A stretch of DNA of 64,000 bases from Nitrosopumilus sp. (GTDB lineage: Archaea > Thermoproteota > Nitrososphaeria > Nitrososphaerales > Nitrosopumilaceae): NCBI GenBank assembly GCA_965203315.1, contig OZ241857.1:768001-832000 (forward strand), given 5' to 3'. Every line of letters begins with the position of its first letter. The first letter of the stretch is position 1. Positions 40,853 through 50,809 of this stretch are shown here, piece after piece. The position numbers and the translations under genes are program-made. The notes beneath the pieces are model-generated. The model was not told where the DNA came from. It made no database searches and worked only from the letters and a program-made list of their open reading frames with translations.

Positions 40853-42569
40853 GTAAGCGGTTAGGCTGACAACGATCTCGTGGTGTTTTGAGTAAGATAA
40901 CGTATGCAATTCATGTCGATCTGCATGATTAGAAAAAATTAGTGTTTAGTTTGGCTTACCATTGTGTCAACTTTATTTTTTGATCTGTGTAAATACTAGT
41001 ACATAACTATGAATGTCATGCCTCAATCAGAGATGAAGATACTTCGAGAGGAGATCGCAATGTTGCATACACAACTCGATGACAAAGACGAGATAATTCG
41101 CATTACACTAGATATGATTGAATGGCAGAGGGGCGTCATATTACAAGGAGAACTACGAACTGCAGAACTAGAACGTAAACTTGAGCAACAACTGGGCGGT
41201 CATTCAGATCAATGTAAACCAGAGACATGTACACACGCAAAAGAGAGCCAAGAGTTACAACAAAAGATGCCATACTATGAGAGTCCGTTTAATCCATCAT
41301 CCAAGAACAGCATACCTACAATGCAAGAAAGAATAGCAGCGTATATAGATCCAAAGGATTACAATAAAGTAGGCCAAAAAGAGAATCACGTAGGAGTATC
41401 GCAGACGGACAAATCAGCAGGTACTGTCCCGTACATAGATTCAGCGTGTCCAGGCTGCCATGGCATAGATATCACGTACAACAAATCATATCAGTGTAGG
41501 ATTCGTGATGTACCTCTGCCAAAAACCGAGATAAATACGCATGTTGGATATAAACATACGTGTAATGGTTGCGGATACGAGTGGGATACTAGTAAAAAGA
41601 TTCCCAAGATCAAGGGTACAGAGATGAGCATAAACATGCTAGTCCATCATGGAATTTCACTATTCAACAATATGTCACAAGGAATGATTCAAAAACAATT
41701 AGAGTTTTTTGATTACCGTCCATCTAAAGCAACCATAAACAACGCTACATTTGCACTCGTTAACGCAATAGAAGACGATGTTTCAGGCATCTGGAAAGCA
41801 GCTGAAAGTTCTGAAAATGTCAAATTTGACGAAACGCCACATAAAGTACCAGGCAAACGTGGATATGTGTGGACATGTGTCACAGATGATGCAGTTCTCG
41901 TTCGTGTCACAGATACACGAGGATCGAGGGTTTTAGATGAATATTTCAAACCGTTTAAAAACAAATGCAAGACTGTTGATGGATATTGCGGTTACGAGAC
42001 GGATGATGACACACAGAGATGTTGGTCACACATATTGATCGATTCAAAACATGCAATGAAGACTGCCCTATATTGCCATGAAACTACAATATTGCATGAA
42101 AGACTACAAAAGATATTTCACATAGCCAAGGGACGACCGCCGGGAGATGTGTCGGATTTAATAGCACAGGTATTGGATATCGTAGATCAGCACGAAAAGC
42201 TCGGCAACAAGAAATTTGCGACGACGCTGCGTAATGCTGCTCCCAATCTCTTTACATTCGTGAACCATCCTGGAATGGATCCCACGAACAACGAGACAGA
42301 ACTGTACATGCGGCCAATTGCAATACATCGCAACATTTCGCTGCACTTTACATCGCAGCGCGGCATGGATGCATGGTCTATCTTGTTTACGTTCTTCTTT
42401 ACATGTCGCAAACGTGGGCTGAGCATTAGAGACGAATTGTTGAGGATTCTCACGGCAAAGGCTGCTGAAGAGACGTACTAGATAGTAAGTTCGTATGTCA
42501 TGTAAATAATCCATCAATATCCTAAATGCTCAACACACAGCAAGAATCGTTGTCAGGCTAACCGCTTAC
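40853..42569 (+). mobile_element. IS66-family element (single ORF, ISBst12-like)
   Basis: TIR GTAAGCGGTTAG.CTGACAACGAT; perfect 8-bp TSD CTGAACTT. Confidence 0.93.
41009..42481 (+). CDS. IS66-family transposase
   Basis: Coiled coil, CPGC..CNGC, FDET, VDGY..Y, QRCWSH, PTNN.TE..MR. Confidence 0.93.
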   Translation: MNVMPQSEMKILREEIAMLHTQLDDKDEIIRITLDMIEWQRGVILQGELRTAELERKLEQQLGGHSDQCKPETCTHAKESQELQQKMPYYESPFNPSSKNSIPTMQERIAAYIDPKDYNKVGQKENHVGVSQTDKSAGTVPYIDSACPGCHGIDITYNKSYQCRIRDVPLPKTEINTHVGYKHTCNGCGYEWDTSKKIPKIKGTEMSINMLVHHGISLFNNMSQGMIQKQLEFFDYRPSKATINNATFALVNAIEDDVSGIWKAAESSENVKFDETPHKVPGKRGYVWTCVTDDAVLVRVTDTRGSRVLDEYFKPFKNKCKTVDGYCGYETDDDTQRCWSHILIDSKHAMKTALYCHETTILHERLQKIFHIAKGRPPGDVSDLIAQVLDIVDQHEKLGNKKFATTLRNAAPNLFTFVNHPGMDPTNNETELYMRPIAIHRNISLHFTSQRGMDAWSILFTFFFTCRKRGLSIRDELLRILTAKAAEETY

Positions 42570-42582
42570 CTGAACTTTATGC

Positions 42583-43197
42583 ATGGCAATAGATGCTACA
42601 ACCCTCGAGATCAGTGAACTAGAAAAGTATGTGCTTTTGCTAGTATATGTAGATGACGAGCCCATACAAGGAAAGCAGAAGCTTCAACTGACGATGTACA
42701 TGTTGGGAGATCCCTACCCAGAACTAAGAGAGTGGTGTGATTTCACAATAAGGGATGACGGTCCATACAGCGCAGTCCTAGATGATACTTTGGAACGTCT
42801 AGTACACATGGAGTTATTACAAGAACAAGACAACACCATTCAATTAACCAAACATAGCATAGAGTACGCCAGAATCATTGGAGAAGAGAAAGGAGGATTT
42901 CCAGAAATTGAAGAAGCATTTAATCCAACTATGGGATGGGTATTTCACAATTATAAAAACACTATAAACGATGTAACTATTCCAGAAGCATTATCATTTT
43001 TGTACTGCAAGTATCCACATATGACCAAAGGCTCTGAAACGTACGAAAAACTCAAGCCAGATATCAAGGAAAATATAATTTCCATGTATACAAAGGAAAA
43101 GATGAGTTTTGGTAGGGCTGGAGAATTACTTGGGATGCCCCAGCACATAATAATGGATGAGTTGGCCAAGAGAGGATTACTACGGTTTGGACATTGA
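42583..43197 (+). CDS. Putative antitoxin: wHTH (KLQ...GPYS) fused to UPF0175-like HTH
   Basis: C-terminal Y...KMSFGRAGELLGM.....MDEL..RG; overlaps the PIN gene. Confidence 0.7.
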   Translation: MAIDATTLEISELEKYVLLLVYVDDEPIQGKQKLQLTMYMLGDPYPELREWCDFTIRDDGPYSAVLDDTLERLVHMELLQEQDNTIQLTKHSIEYARIIGEEKGGFPEIEEAFNPTMGWVFHNYKNTINDVTIPEALSFLYCKYPHMTKGSETYEKLKPDIKENIISMYTKEKMSFGRAGELLGMPQHIIMDELAKRGLLRFGH

Positions 43198-43670
43198 AGA
43201 TATTTGACGCTTCACAACTTATTGCGATATTTAATCAATTCCAATATCCACAAACGTTTGATGTCATTTTACAGTTGGGGCATGAATTGGCAATACCTCG
43301 TTTCGTGTGGGATGAATTAAAGGACGATAGAACACGTACAAATGCGCAGAGATTGATAGACGAAGGCAAACTCACAAAATTAGAAAAGAATTCAGCTCAA
43401 GAGATCGAAAAATTTCAACTAGATGCGCACGAGCTGAAAAAGGGAGAGGTAGATGTAATCTTGACCTATAAAAAACTGGGCGGATACAAGAATAACGTCT
43501 ATTGTATACTAGATGATAAAGATGCACAACAAGTAGCATCAAGATTAGGAATAAGATGTATCGATTTGCAGGGACTGCTAAAGATGCTAGGCAATAAAGG
43601 AGTCAAGTATCCAAAAAAGATTGATGAGATTATAGAATTACTTGATAGATCCGAGTTCAGACCCATCTAA
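43194..43670 (+). CDS. PIN-domain (DUF3368/VapC-like) protein
   Basis: IFDAS.LI, V.DEL, GEVDVI, ILDDKDA...A..LGI. Confidence 0.8.
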   Translation: MKIFDASQLIAIFNQFQYPQTFDVILQLGHELAIPRFVWDELKDDRTRTNAQRLIDEGKLTKLEKNSAQEIEKFQLDAHELKKGEVDVILTYKKLGGYKNNVYCILDDKDAQQVASRLGIRCIDLQGLLKMLGNKGVKYPKKIDEIIELLDRSEFRPI

Positions 43671-43708
43671 AAATTTCAAATAGTGTTTATGGATTAGGTT
43701 TAGAGTAC

Positions 43709-43826
43709 GGATCTTTTCGGTTTACGTGGGATAACATTTTACAAGACTATTCTTGCTAAATTTTCTCTATGACCCCCATAGTGCTGTTTCTGTAACCATT
43801 CTATCCCACGTAAACCGAAAAGATCC
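43709..43826. mobile_element. MITE family A, right copy of the composite unit
   Basis: Direct repeat of 39812-39929 with one visible mismatch. Confidence 0.92.
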
Positions 43827-43858
43827 CAACGAATTGACCAGTAGGTTCTGAGTACTAG

Positions 43859-44482
43859 TCAACGAGATAGTTGTTCATATTGATATTGTATGTGACTCCA
43901 GTCGATGACATCCCACCAAGAGTCGACATAATCTAAACGATTATCAGCATGTTTGAGATAGTATGCATGTTCCCACAGATCTATACCAAAGAGTGGGATC
44001 TTTGAAAAGCAATAGGGACTGTCGTTGTTTATAGTATTTAGTATCTCAATCCGTGCAAATGTTGGATCAAACACTAACCAAGACCAACCACTTCCTGATA
44101 TCGACATTGCATGATCTGTGAACAGGCTCTTAAACTCTGCAAAACTGTCATAGTATACATCTATTGCATCTCCAAGTTTACCAGATGGTGTTCCGCCACC
44201 ATTAGGCGAAATGCATTCCCAAAAAAGCTGATGATTCTCAAATCCGCCACCATAATACCTGACTAGATCACGATTTGGCTCTGAAATAGATTCCAAGTTG
44301 GACAATATTGTAGAGATGTGCATAGGGTGATGTTGACTCCCTATTCGAGTAAGAGCATCATTTAGTCCACGAACATATTCCATATGACAGATTTGATGAT
44401 GTAATCTCATCGTTACTTTATCAGCAAATGGATCTAGAGCATCGTACGAGTAAGAGAGTTTCGGTAGATCATACAGTACCAC
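43859..44482 (-). CDS. sod: Fe/Mn superoxide dismutase family protein
   Basis: LP.L.Y.YDAL.P, TM.LHH, NH..FW, GSGW, DLWEHAYY. Confidence 0.9.
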   Translation of the reverse strand: MVLYDLPKLSYSYDALDPFADKVTMRLHHQICHMEYVRGLNDALTRIGSQHHPMHISTILSNLESISEPNRDLVRYYGGGFENHQLFWECISPNGGGTPSGKLGDAIDVYYDSFAEFKSLFTDHAMSISGSGWSWLVFDPTFARIEILNTINNDSPYCFSKIPLFGIDLWEHAYYLKHADNRLDYVDSWWDVIDWSHIQYQYEQLSR

Positions 44483-44862
44483 ATGTCAGCATCTTTTCAT
44501 ATTACATATATCTCTCAAGATTTATGTAATCGTTTATGAGATGTGAAAAATCGTACACTTTATCCTACACAATATTCATCTTTTGACATTTCAATAAATG
44601 GACCGATTTTGATAGAGATGATACTGAGTTTTGATCTAGAATGGACACGTGTCCGAAATATTGTGATAACAGGAACGCACTTTACAGCATAACCATACCA
44701 AAGACTCTTGTACAAATAGTATTGATGAACGATCAAGAGATGGATACCACATCAAATGAGGAAATATTGTTCATATTCCACTATTCCACTATTCATTCTC
44801 ACTATTCATATCCCATACCAAAATATGAGTACATACAATATACGAGGAGGTAAAAGAGATGC

Positions 44863-45477
44863 ATGGTGCGACGTCTAGGAACACTCGAACTTGGAATTTT
44901 ATCTCTTGCGTTCAAAAAGGGTGGGACTTTTAATGAGCGAGATATCGCAGCATCGGATCTAAATGATCTTGGTGTGGGACGGATACTCGATACCCTCGCA
45001 ACACTCAAAGATAGATCGATGATTCGACTAAATACAGATGGAACGTTCACTGCTACCGACACAGCAAGAGAGATACTTTGGTCAGATGCAGTGCCAACAT
45101 GGGCAAAGATGTTACGGCTGTTACAAATTAGATCATGTGATATCAATGATATCATAGATATCTTGGGCATGGATTCAGATCTAGTAAATGACATCTTGAC
45201 AAAGATGCGTAAGGAACAACTCGTATTGATGACTCCCCAAAGGCGTAACGAAAAACTCGTCAAGATCTACGAGATACTACCAGAGGGCATAGAGATCATC
45301 GATAAAGCAGATATGGGTAAGTTTAATGAACAGGGATCAGACACCATACAGAGATTAGACATACACGAGATCATTGAACAGATCCAAGAGATGATAAAAA
45401 TGAGTCAATTGAGCGATTCAGAGAGAATAGGCATATTGAATAAGATTAAAGTATTAAAATCCAAACTAGATGTCTAG
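44863..45477 (+). CDS. Tandem winged-helix-like protein
   Basis: Two wHTH-like segments. Confidence 0.65.
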   Translation: MVRRLGTLELGILSLAFKKGGTFNERDIAASDLNDLGVGRILDTLATLKDRSMIRLNTDGTFTATDTAREILWSDAVPTWAKMLRLLQIRSCDINDIIDILGMDSDLVNDILTKMRKEQLVLMTPQRRNEKLVKIYEILPEGIEIIDKADMGKFNEQGSDTIQRLDIHEIIEQIQEMIKMSQLSDSERIGILNKIKVLKSKLDV

Positions 45478-45621
45478 CACTCAAACTGTAATTTAGTCGA
45501 GTTATCAATCATCAGTGTACTAGACATGTCATCAAACATCGAATATTCCAACAACCTGACGAGTCATCAATATTGACTCGTGCATATATCGTTTATAAGA
45601 GACCAGAGATCTGTGCACATA

Positions 45622-45918
45622 ATGGGTGGAGCAAAAAAGCCGACTGCTGCAAAAGCAGACAAGTTACCAAAGACGTCAAAAAAGAAGGACAGAGGCGATA
45701 GTGGACCAAAGAGGGCAGACATAACTGTACAGGTCAATGAGACACAAGCGACAAAGATAGTTACAGGAGCCAAGGTCATCACAGTTCAAGATCTGGCACG
45801 ACAACTAGGAGTAAAGATATCTGCAGCTAATGCGTTTCTGCAAAAAGAGCTTGCAAAAGGATCAGTAAAACGTGTCGGAGGATATTCAGGGCATTACCTC
45901 TATCAATCTGCTGCATAG
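45622..45918 (+). CDS. rps25e: Ribosomal protein eS25
   Basis: MGGAKK..., KVITVQDLARQLGVKISAA...G.V. Confidence 0.85.
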   Translation: MGGAKKPTAAKADKLPKTSKKKDRGDSGPKRADITVQVNETQATKIVTGAKVITVQDLARQLGVKISAANAFLQKELAKGSVKRVGGYSGHYLYQSAA

Positions 45919-46274
45919 ATGCGCAATAGATCACCAGACCTTGTATCATGCAATATTTTGACATCATCTAAATGACCAATAGTGGTCATAGTTTTAGGCA
46001 ATATTGTATCGTCAAGAAAGAAGCACACACTACCGGATGAAGAGAGAAATGCAATATCCCCTCGCTTGAATGTATCTCTGGGTCGCTCTGTACCCGAGTC
46101 TAGCGGTGTCTCTATGTACATTATTGACGCTCCCATTTGATGTATATGCCCTTCGATAGGCAGGTTGCGCAACAGTATACCAACGGTTCTAGGAGACAGA
46201 TGACGTTTCAGCACACATCTAGTCTTTGCTTTGCCTTGAATCTCTAAAACCAACTCTCGACCTGATACAGACAT
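45903..46274 (-). CDS. Cyclophilin-like fold protein
   Basis: RHLSPRTV...LP..G, F.RGDIAF......CFF. Confidence 0.75.
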   Translation of the reverse strand: MSVSGRELVLEIQGKAKTRCVLKRHLSPRTVGILLRNLPIEGHIHQMGASIMYIETPLDSGTERPRDTFKRGDIAFLSSSGSVCFFLDDTILPKTMTTIGHLDDVKILHDTRSGDLLRIYAAD

Positions 46275-46363
46275 AATCTGAATGTGTCGTCGATCTGTAT
46301 AATCTTTGGCGCACACTAGAAAAATGATTAGATTATATAATGTTTTATACGCAAACATTTTGC

Positions 46364-46813
46364 TTGTCTGAGATTCAAGAAGAAGTAGTGTCTTCAGCAT
46401 CTAGTGATAATCGTGCGCTAGACAAGGCAATCGAAAAGTATCACAAGATCATGGAAAACGAGGATAACGAGATTACTGGTGAAGAACTTGAGAGAAGAGA
46501 GAGGGAGATCATTGAGAGAGAGATTATTGAAAATACAGAAGAACATGAACCCGTAGAAATTCCTTGCGTAAAGAACAAGATAACGGTAGGTCCACCAACG
46601 TTGACCAGATTTGAGAAGGCGAGGATCATGGGCGCTAGAGCACTACAATTATCGTTAGGAGCTCCACCATTCATCCCAATACCAGACACAGCTAGAATCT
46701 CGCTAGATATTGCGATGGAAGAACTCGAACAGAGAATTATCCCGATCACCATTCGTCGTGTATTCCCAAACGGTGATTATCAAAACATACCAATCAGTTA
46801 TTTTGAAAAATGA
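46364..46813 (+). CDS. rpo6: RNA polymerase subunit Rpo6 (K)
   Basis: LTRFEKARIMGARALQLSLGAP...A.EEL....IP.TIRR. Confidence 0.95.
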   Translation: MSEIQEEVVSSASSDNRALDKAIEKYHKIMENEDNEITGEELERREREIIEREIIENTEEHEPVEIPCVKNKITVGPPTLTRFEKARIMGARALQLSLGAPPFIPIPDTARISLDIAMEELEQRIIPITIRRVFPNGDYQNIPISYFEK

Positions 46814-46979
46814 ATTCATGATTGTCAAGTATACATCATTAAAGAACTGAAATTAAAAAGCAAAACATCACGAACAGAGAATTCCTAGACGAGAGGTTCA
46901 ACATTGTGTCAATTCCCATTGAGAGTAAAATGCTATCGCCTGTACCCCAAGCATGATTGACATATAATCCACCATAAAC

Positions 46980-47156
46980 GGTTCTGTTCAATTGACGGGG
47001 GTTGGCATTTTCTGCACAAAATTCTCGAAAAATTTCACAAAACATGGAAACGGCATCACCTCGTCTATCGTAAATTGCTGCTGTTTTGAGTCACATATTG
47101 TACGTTCTTTGAAATAACGTCATAATGATCTCAACCCCCGTCAATTGAACAGAACC
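46980..47156. mobile_element. MITE family B
   Basis: Long perfect TIR GGTTCTGTTCAATTGACGGGGGTTG; no TSD. Confidence 0.9.
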
Positions 47157-47315
47157 AACAGATCATATAGGAATAGTTCGTTCAGGTAGATGAATTTTAA
47201 TTGAGATAAATCACATGTGATGGCGAGATAGCATCTATTGATCTTGTTAGAGACAGCTAATCAAAAAATGAACAATTTGTCTATAAAACTTAAAAGAATA
47301 TACTTTAAGCGATAG

Positions 47316-47603
47316 ATGATGACTCGGAATAGGGATAACAATGACGTAGATGTATTTTACGTCGATAATTCACCAATAATGAGTCAAGTAGTAGATGTAT
47401 TACATATTTTAGAATCACAGGGAACTGTAACACTCAAGGCTCATGGAGACGCAATTCCAAGTACGGTCTCTATAGCAAATTTCATAAATGATGAGATTTT
47501 GGAGAACCAAGTAAAGATCCAAAAAATCGATCTAGATACTGTCGAGATGGCAGGTATCGGAAAGATGACATCCACCATACAGATAGTAATCAAAAAAATC
47601 TAA
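47316..47603 (+). CDS. Alba-family nucleic-acid-binding protein
   Basis: V.LKA.G.AI..TV..A...STIQIVI. Confidence 0.75.
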   Translation: MMTRNRDNNDVDVFYVDNSPIMSQVVDVLHILESQGTVTLKAHGDAIPSTVSIANFINDEILENQVKIQKIDLDTVEMAGIGKMTSTIQIVIKKI

Positions 47604-48016
47604 GAGATGTTTCCAGATCCCTTTAAAAGTAGATTCTCACACTCTTTGCATATCTGTTCATCTATATTAGATTCAAGGTTGTGATGTATATCACATATCA
47701 AAAGGCTGGATTTGATATAATTGCATAGTCCAATAAATTTTGATAGACTAGATGGAGTATACGCCATATCAGAGGAGAGATTGAAACATAGATCATCGAT
47801 CATCTCAGATACACGTTCTTCGTTCAAGAGTTTTGCAATAAGAGATGGATCACCTCGTGTGCCTCGAATATAGTTGCTGATAGCAGCTTGAGTCACACCA
47901 AGCATCTTGGATATCTCGTCTTCGCCTATTTTGTGATCTTCTGCAAGTTTTTTTGCAAGGATTGCTCTTAGAGCAGGAATTAGTGTCTTTGACTCGATCT
48001 CAGCCGGTAGTAGCAT
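47600..48016 (-). CDS. HTH transcriptional regulator
   Basis: P.E......IPALRA..A..L, LGVTQAAISNYI.G.RG, C..H...C..C. Confidence 0.85.
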   Translation of the reverse strand: MLLPAEIESKTLIPALRAILAKKLAEDHKIGEDEISKMLGVTQAAISNYIRGTRGDPSLIAKLLNEERVSEMIDDLCFNLSSDMAYTPSSLSKFIGLCNYIKSSLLICDIHHNLESNIDEQICKECENLLLKGSGNIS

Positions 48017-48132
48017 AATCTCTCAATCGACACATACAAGATTTATAGTTTACATTGATCAGGATGTTAAAGTTGTTGTGATTGTAGAATAGGAACATTA
48101 TCTTTTTTAATTTAAGACACAACATAGAATCA

Positions 48133-49068
48133 ATGAGCACATCACAAGAACTGTACAGCCATTTGATCAATGCAACAAAGTCATCAAAGTCAGATCTTAT
48201 TGCATTATCTGGAGGTCTGGACAGCTCAATCTTGGCATATTTGATACGACCAAAGCATGCCATTACGGTAATTGCTGACGATTTCATATCAGCTGATATG
48301 ACCTATTGTCAGATTATTGCAAGTGAGTTGAACATACCACTAGATATTCATACTGTCTCAACTATCGAGATATTAGATGCGGTAGAAGAGACAGTTCGAA
48401 TATTATCAAACTTTAATGATATCGAGATACGAAATCATGTAACCATATATCTAGCTCTAAAGTGGGCAAAGGAACACAACTACAACTCGATCATTACAGG
48501 TGATGGTGCAGATGAACTCTTTGGAGGATACAACTTTCTTCTCTCAAAATCGAGAGAAGAGCAATCGAGAGAGATTATGCGAATAATCGATACAATGCAT
48601 TTTCCAACACGCAAGATCGCTCAAGCCCTAGGAGTAGAGTTAGAGACGCCGTTTTTAACAAGAGAGATGATAGAGTTTGCAAAAGAGATTCCTGTGGAAC
48701 TAAAGATTCGAGATCAAGGTTCTGTGAGATATGGTAAACATATACTACGCAGTACATTTGAGACACATATCCCAAAACAGATAACATGGCGTACAAAAAC
48801 ACCAATGCAAGACGGTTCAGGGACTGCCGGACTTACAAAACTCTTTGAATCTATGATATACGAACCAGACTATATTGAACAAAAATTAAGAATCAAGACA
48901 ATAGATGGTGTAAACATACGTAGTAGAGAGTCGCTACATTACTATAAAATATTCAAAAAGATACATGGAACGCCGGTTGACAAAGACGCAGAACATCCTT
49001 GCCCGCATTGTAAACATGAGACACAAGGAGCAAAGTTTTGTAGAATGTGTGGCGCGTTTCCGATCTAG
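48133..49068 (+). CDS. Asparagine synthase C-terminal-domain protein
   Basis: LSGGLDSS, TGDGADELFGGY, C-terminal Zn ribbon. Confidence 0.88.
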   Translation: MSTSQELYSHLINATKSSKSDLIALSGGLDSSILAYLIRPKHAITVIADDFISADMTYCQIIASELNIPLDIHTVSTIEILDAVEETVRILSNFNDIEIRNHVTIYLALKWAKEHNYNSIITGDGADELFGGYNFLLSKSREEQSREIMRIIDTMHFPTRKIAQALGVELETPFLTREMIEFAKEIPVELKIRDQGSVRYGKHILRSTFETHIPKQITWRTKTPMQDGSGTAGLTKLFESMIYEPDYIEQKLRIKTIDGVNIRSRESLHYYKIFKKIHGTPVDKDAEHPCPHCKHETQGAKFCRMCGAFPI

Positions 49069-49205
49069 TTTTTGTATTTACGTGGTTTCTTGATAAATAT
49101 ACGTCTACAACCATTACAACAAAAATGAAATTTTTTTCCATCATACTCGTGTACAAGTGCTAGATCCTCATCTAGCTCAATTCCACAAACTGGATCAATT
49201 GGCAC
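49065..49205 (-). CDS. YHS-domain protein (absent from ORF track)
   Basis: DPVCG.......YDGKKFHFCCNGC...F.K.P.KY. Confidence 0.85.
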   Translation of the reverse strand: MPIDPVCGIELDEDLALVHEYDGKKFHFCCNGCRRIFIKKPRKYKN

Positions 49206-49237
49206 AATGACTAAACTCTAGATTGTTATTTAATCAT

Positions 49238-49603
49238 TTACGAGTTGATGATTTCTTGTATCTTTCTAGGTAATTCTCCATAATCTGCATCAGGTTCAGC
49301 AACCACATACAAGATGTCATTGTTGATCAGTACGCTTATGGCAAGGGCTCGCTCGCGTGATGCGAGTGCAAAGTTTACAGGACCGAGTTGTTTATCAAAC
49401 TCTTTTCTCATCTTTACACGTAGAGCTAACTCCATAAAGAGCATCTCATCGTCCTTTTCATTCTCAAGTGGCTCAACGTTTGCCTTCATTCCACCCGCCA
49501 CCAATCTACCTCGTTCATTGATCACTCCAGCAAACCTAATCTTTGAATCCATCGCCAAGATAGCATCACACACCTTTGTATAATTGTAAATCTTTGATGA
49601 CAA
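49238..49603 (-). CDS. Roadblock/LC7-like (DUF6659-type) protein
   Basis: C..IL..D.KIRFAGVIN..G.L..GG...MR.EFD..LG.V. Confidence 0.8.
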   Translation of the reverse strand: MSSKIYNYTKVCDAILAMDSKIRFAGVINERGRLVAGGMKANVEPLENEKDDEMLFMELALRVKMRKEFDKQLGPVNFALASRERALAISVLINNDILYVVAEPDADYGELPRKIQEIINS

Positions 49604-50342
49604 TGTCTAGTTATCATACACATTACTCATTTATTACCTTTCTATGCGTCTCAAGGCAGCCTTATCAGATCAAGACACAAGCATAAAGGGATCCTGTGAG
49701 GCAGTTTGTACTGTGCTATTTTATCTAGACTTGTGTCTAAGACACGAGTTGTAGCACAAGATCAAGACATAACAAGGTAAACAAGCAATGACCAAGTAGA
49801 TCGCATATCCAGAAATCGATACACGATATACTAGGCATCTATGTCTCAGGTAGCAATATCAGGCAGGGCGAGTCGGCAGATGACTGCGGTACTCAATTTC
49901 CCACACATCCACAAGACTGAAAGGTATTCAGAGACAAAATTTGCGAGATATTGAAGACTTTTTTTCCCACACATGACAGATAATCGATGTGTTTCAACAC
50001 ACGGCAACGATGTTGGATTACATGCTGCATGTGAGAAATACAATATGTGAGGTACTGTAACTCAGATTTGTAAATCCAAAGCTGTTTAGCTCAGACCATG
50101 ATTTGACAGACTCCACTCATCTACTACATGTTATTTTTCATACGAGTCTTTGGATTTGTGACGATGGTATCTTGACGCATTTTTTGACACATAGTATGAA
50201 AACTCCAATTAGAACAAACATAGCAATTACAATTGAATAAAATAGATAAAATAAAATAGATAAAATAAAAGTGAGAACGAATAGAGATTAATTTTCCACC
50301 GCCACATATCAGGATCATATTGTACAAATGAAAATTGATCTA

Positions 50343-50469
50343 TAGTCATGAACATAATAATTTCCCTAGTGTCTAGTATCACAATTTGGCGTTAGCTGTT
50401 CTGCCAGAGGTAAATTCCGTCTCACCTCATATGCGAGAGTAAACAAGAAGACAATTCCTTTCGTGACCA
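50343..50469. mobile_element. MITE family D, second copy
   Basis: Reverse-orientation homologue of 20938-21066. Confidence 0.75.
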
Positions 50470-50809
50470 CATATCAGAGACGAATCAATACTATGCAATG
50501 TTTTTATGTATTCCATAACAGATCTTTTCAACGTACGAAAATAGTCAGCATGAAAATAAACTGCGTATTTTATGGCTCAATGTAAAAAACTCATATTCAA
50601 TATCTGTTATATTTTTTAAAATGTAAAAATTACTAACATTTTTGCTGTACAGATATTATAAAGAGATCATTGAACAGAATAATTCTGGAATACATTACGC
50701 TCTACAAGACATGTCAATGGATCAAGGCAGAGCATAAACAGTTGATATATTTTGTATAACGATTTGTAGGATTTACATATGAAACGATATCGTATGATTT
50801 CTGGTATTT

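Noticed and set aside
49620-50800. Long intergenic region as an RNA gene or replication origin
   Set aside because: No tRNA, rRNA or ORB-like pattern seen; it contains only a MITE and a short A-rich duplication
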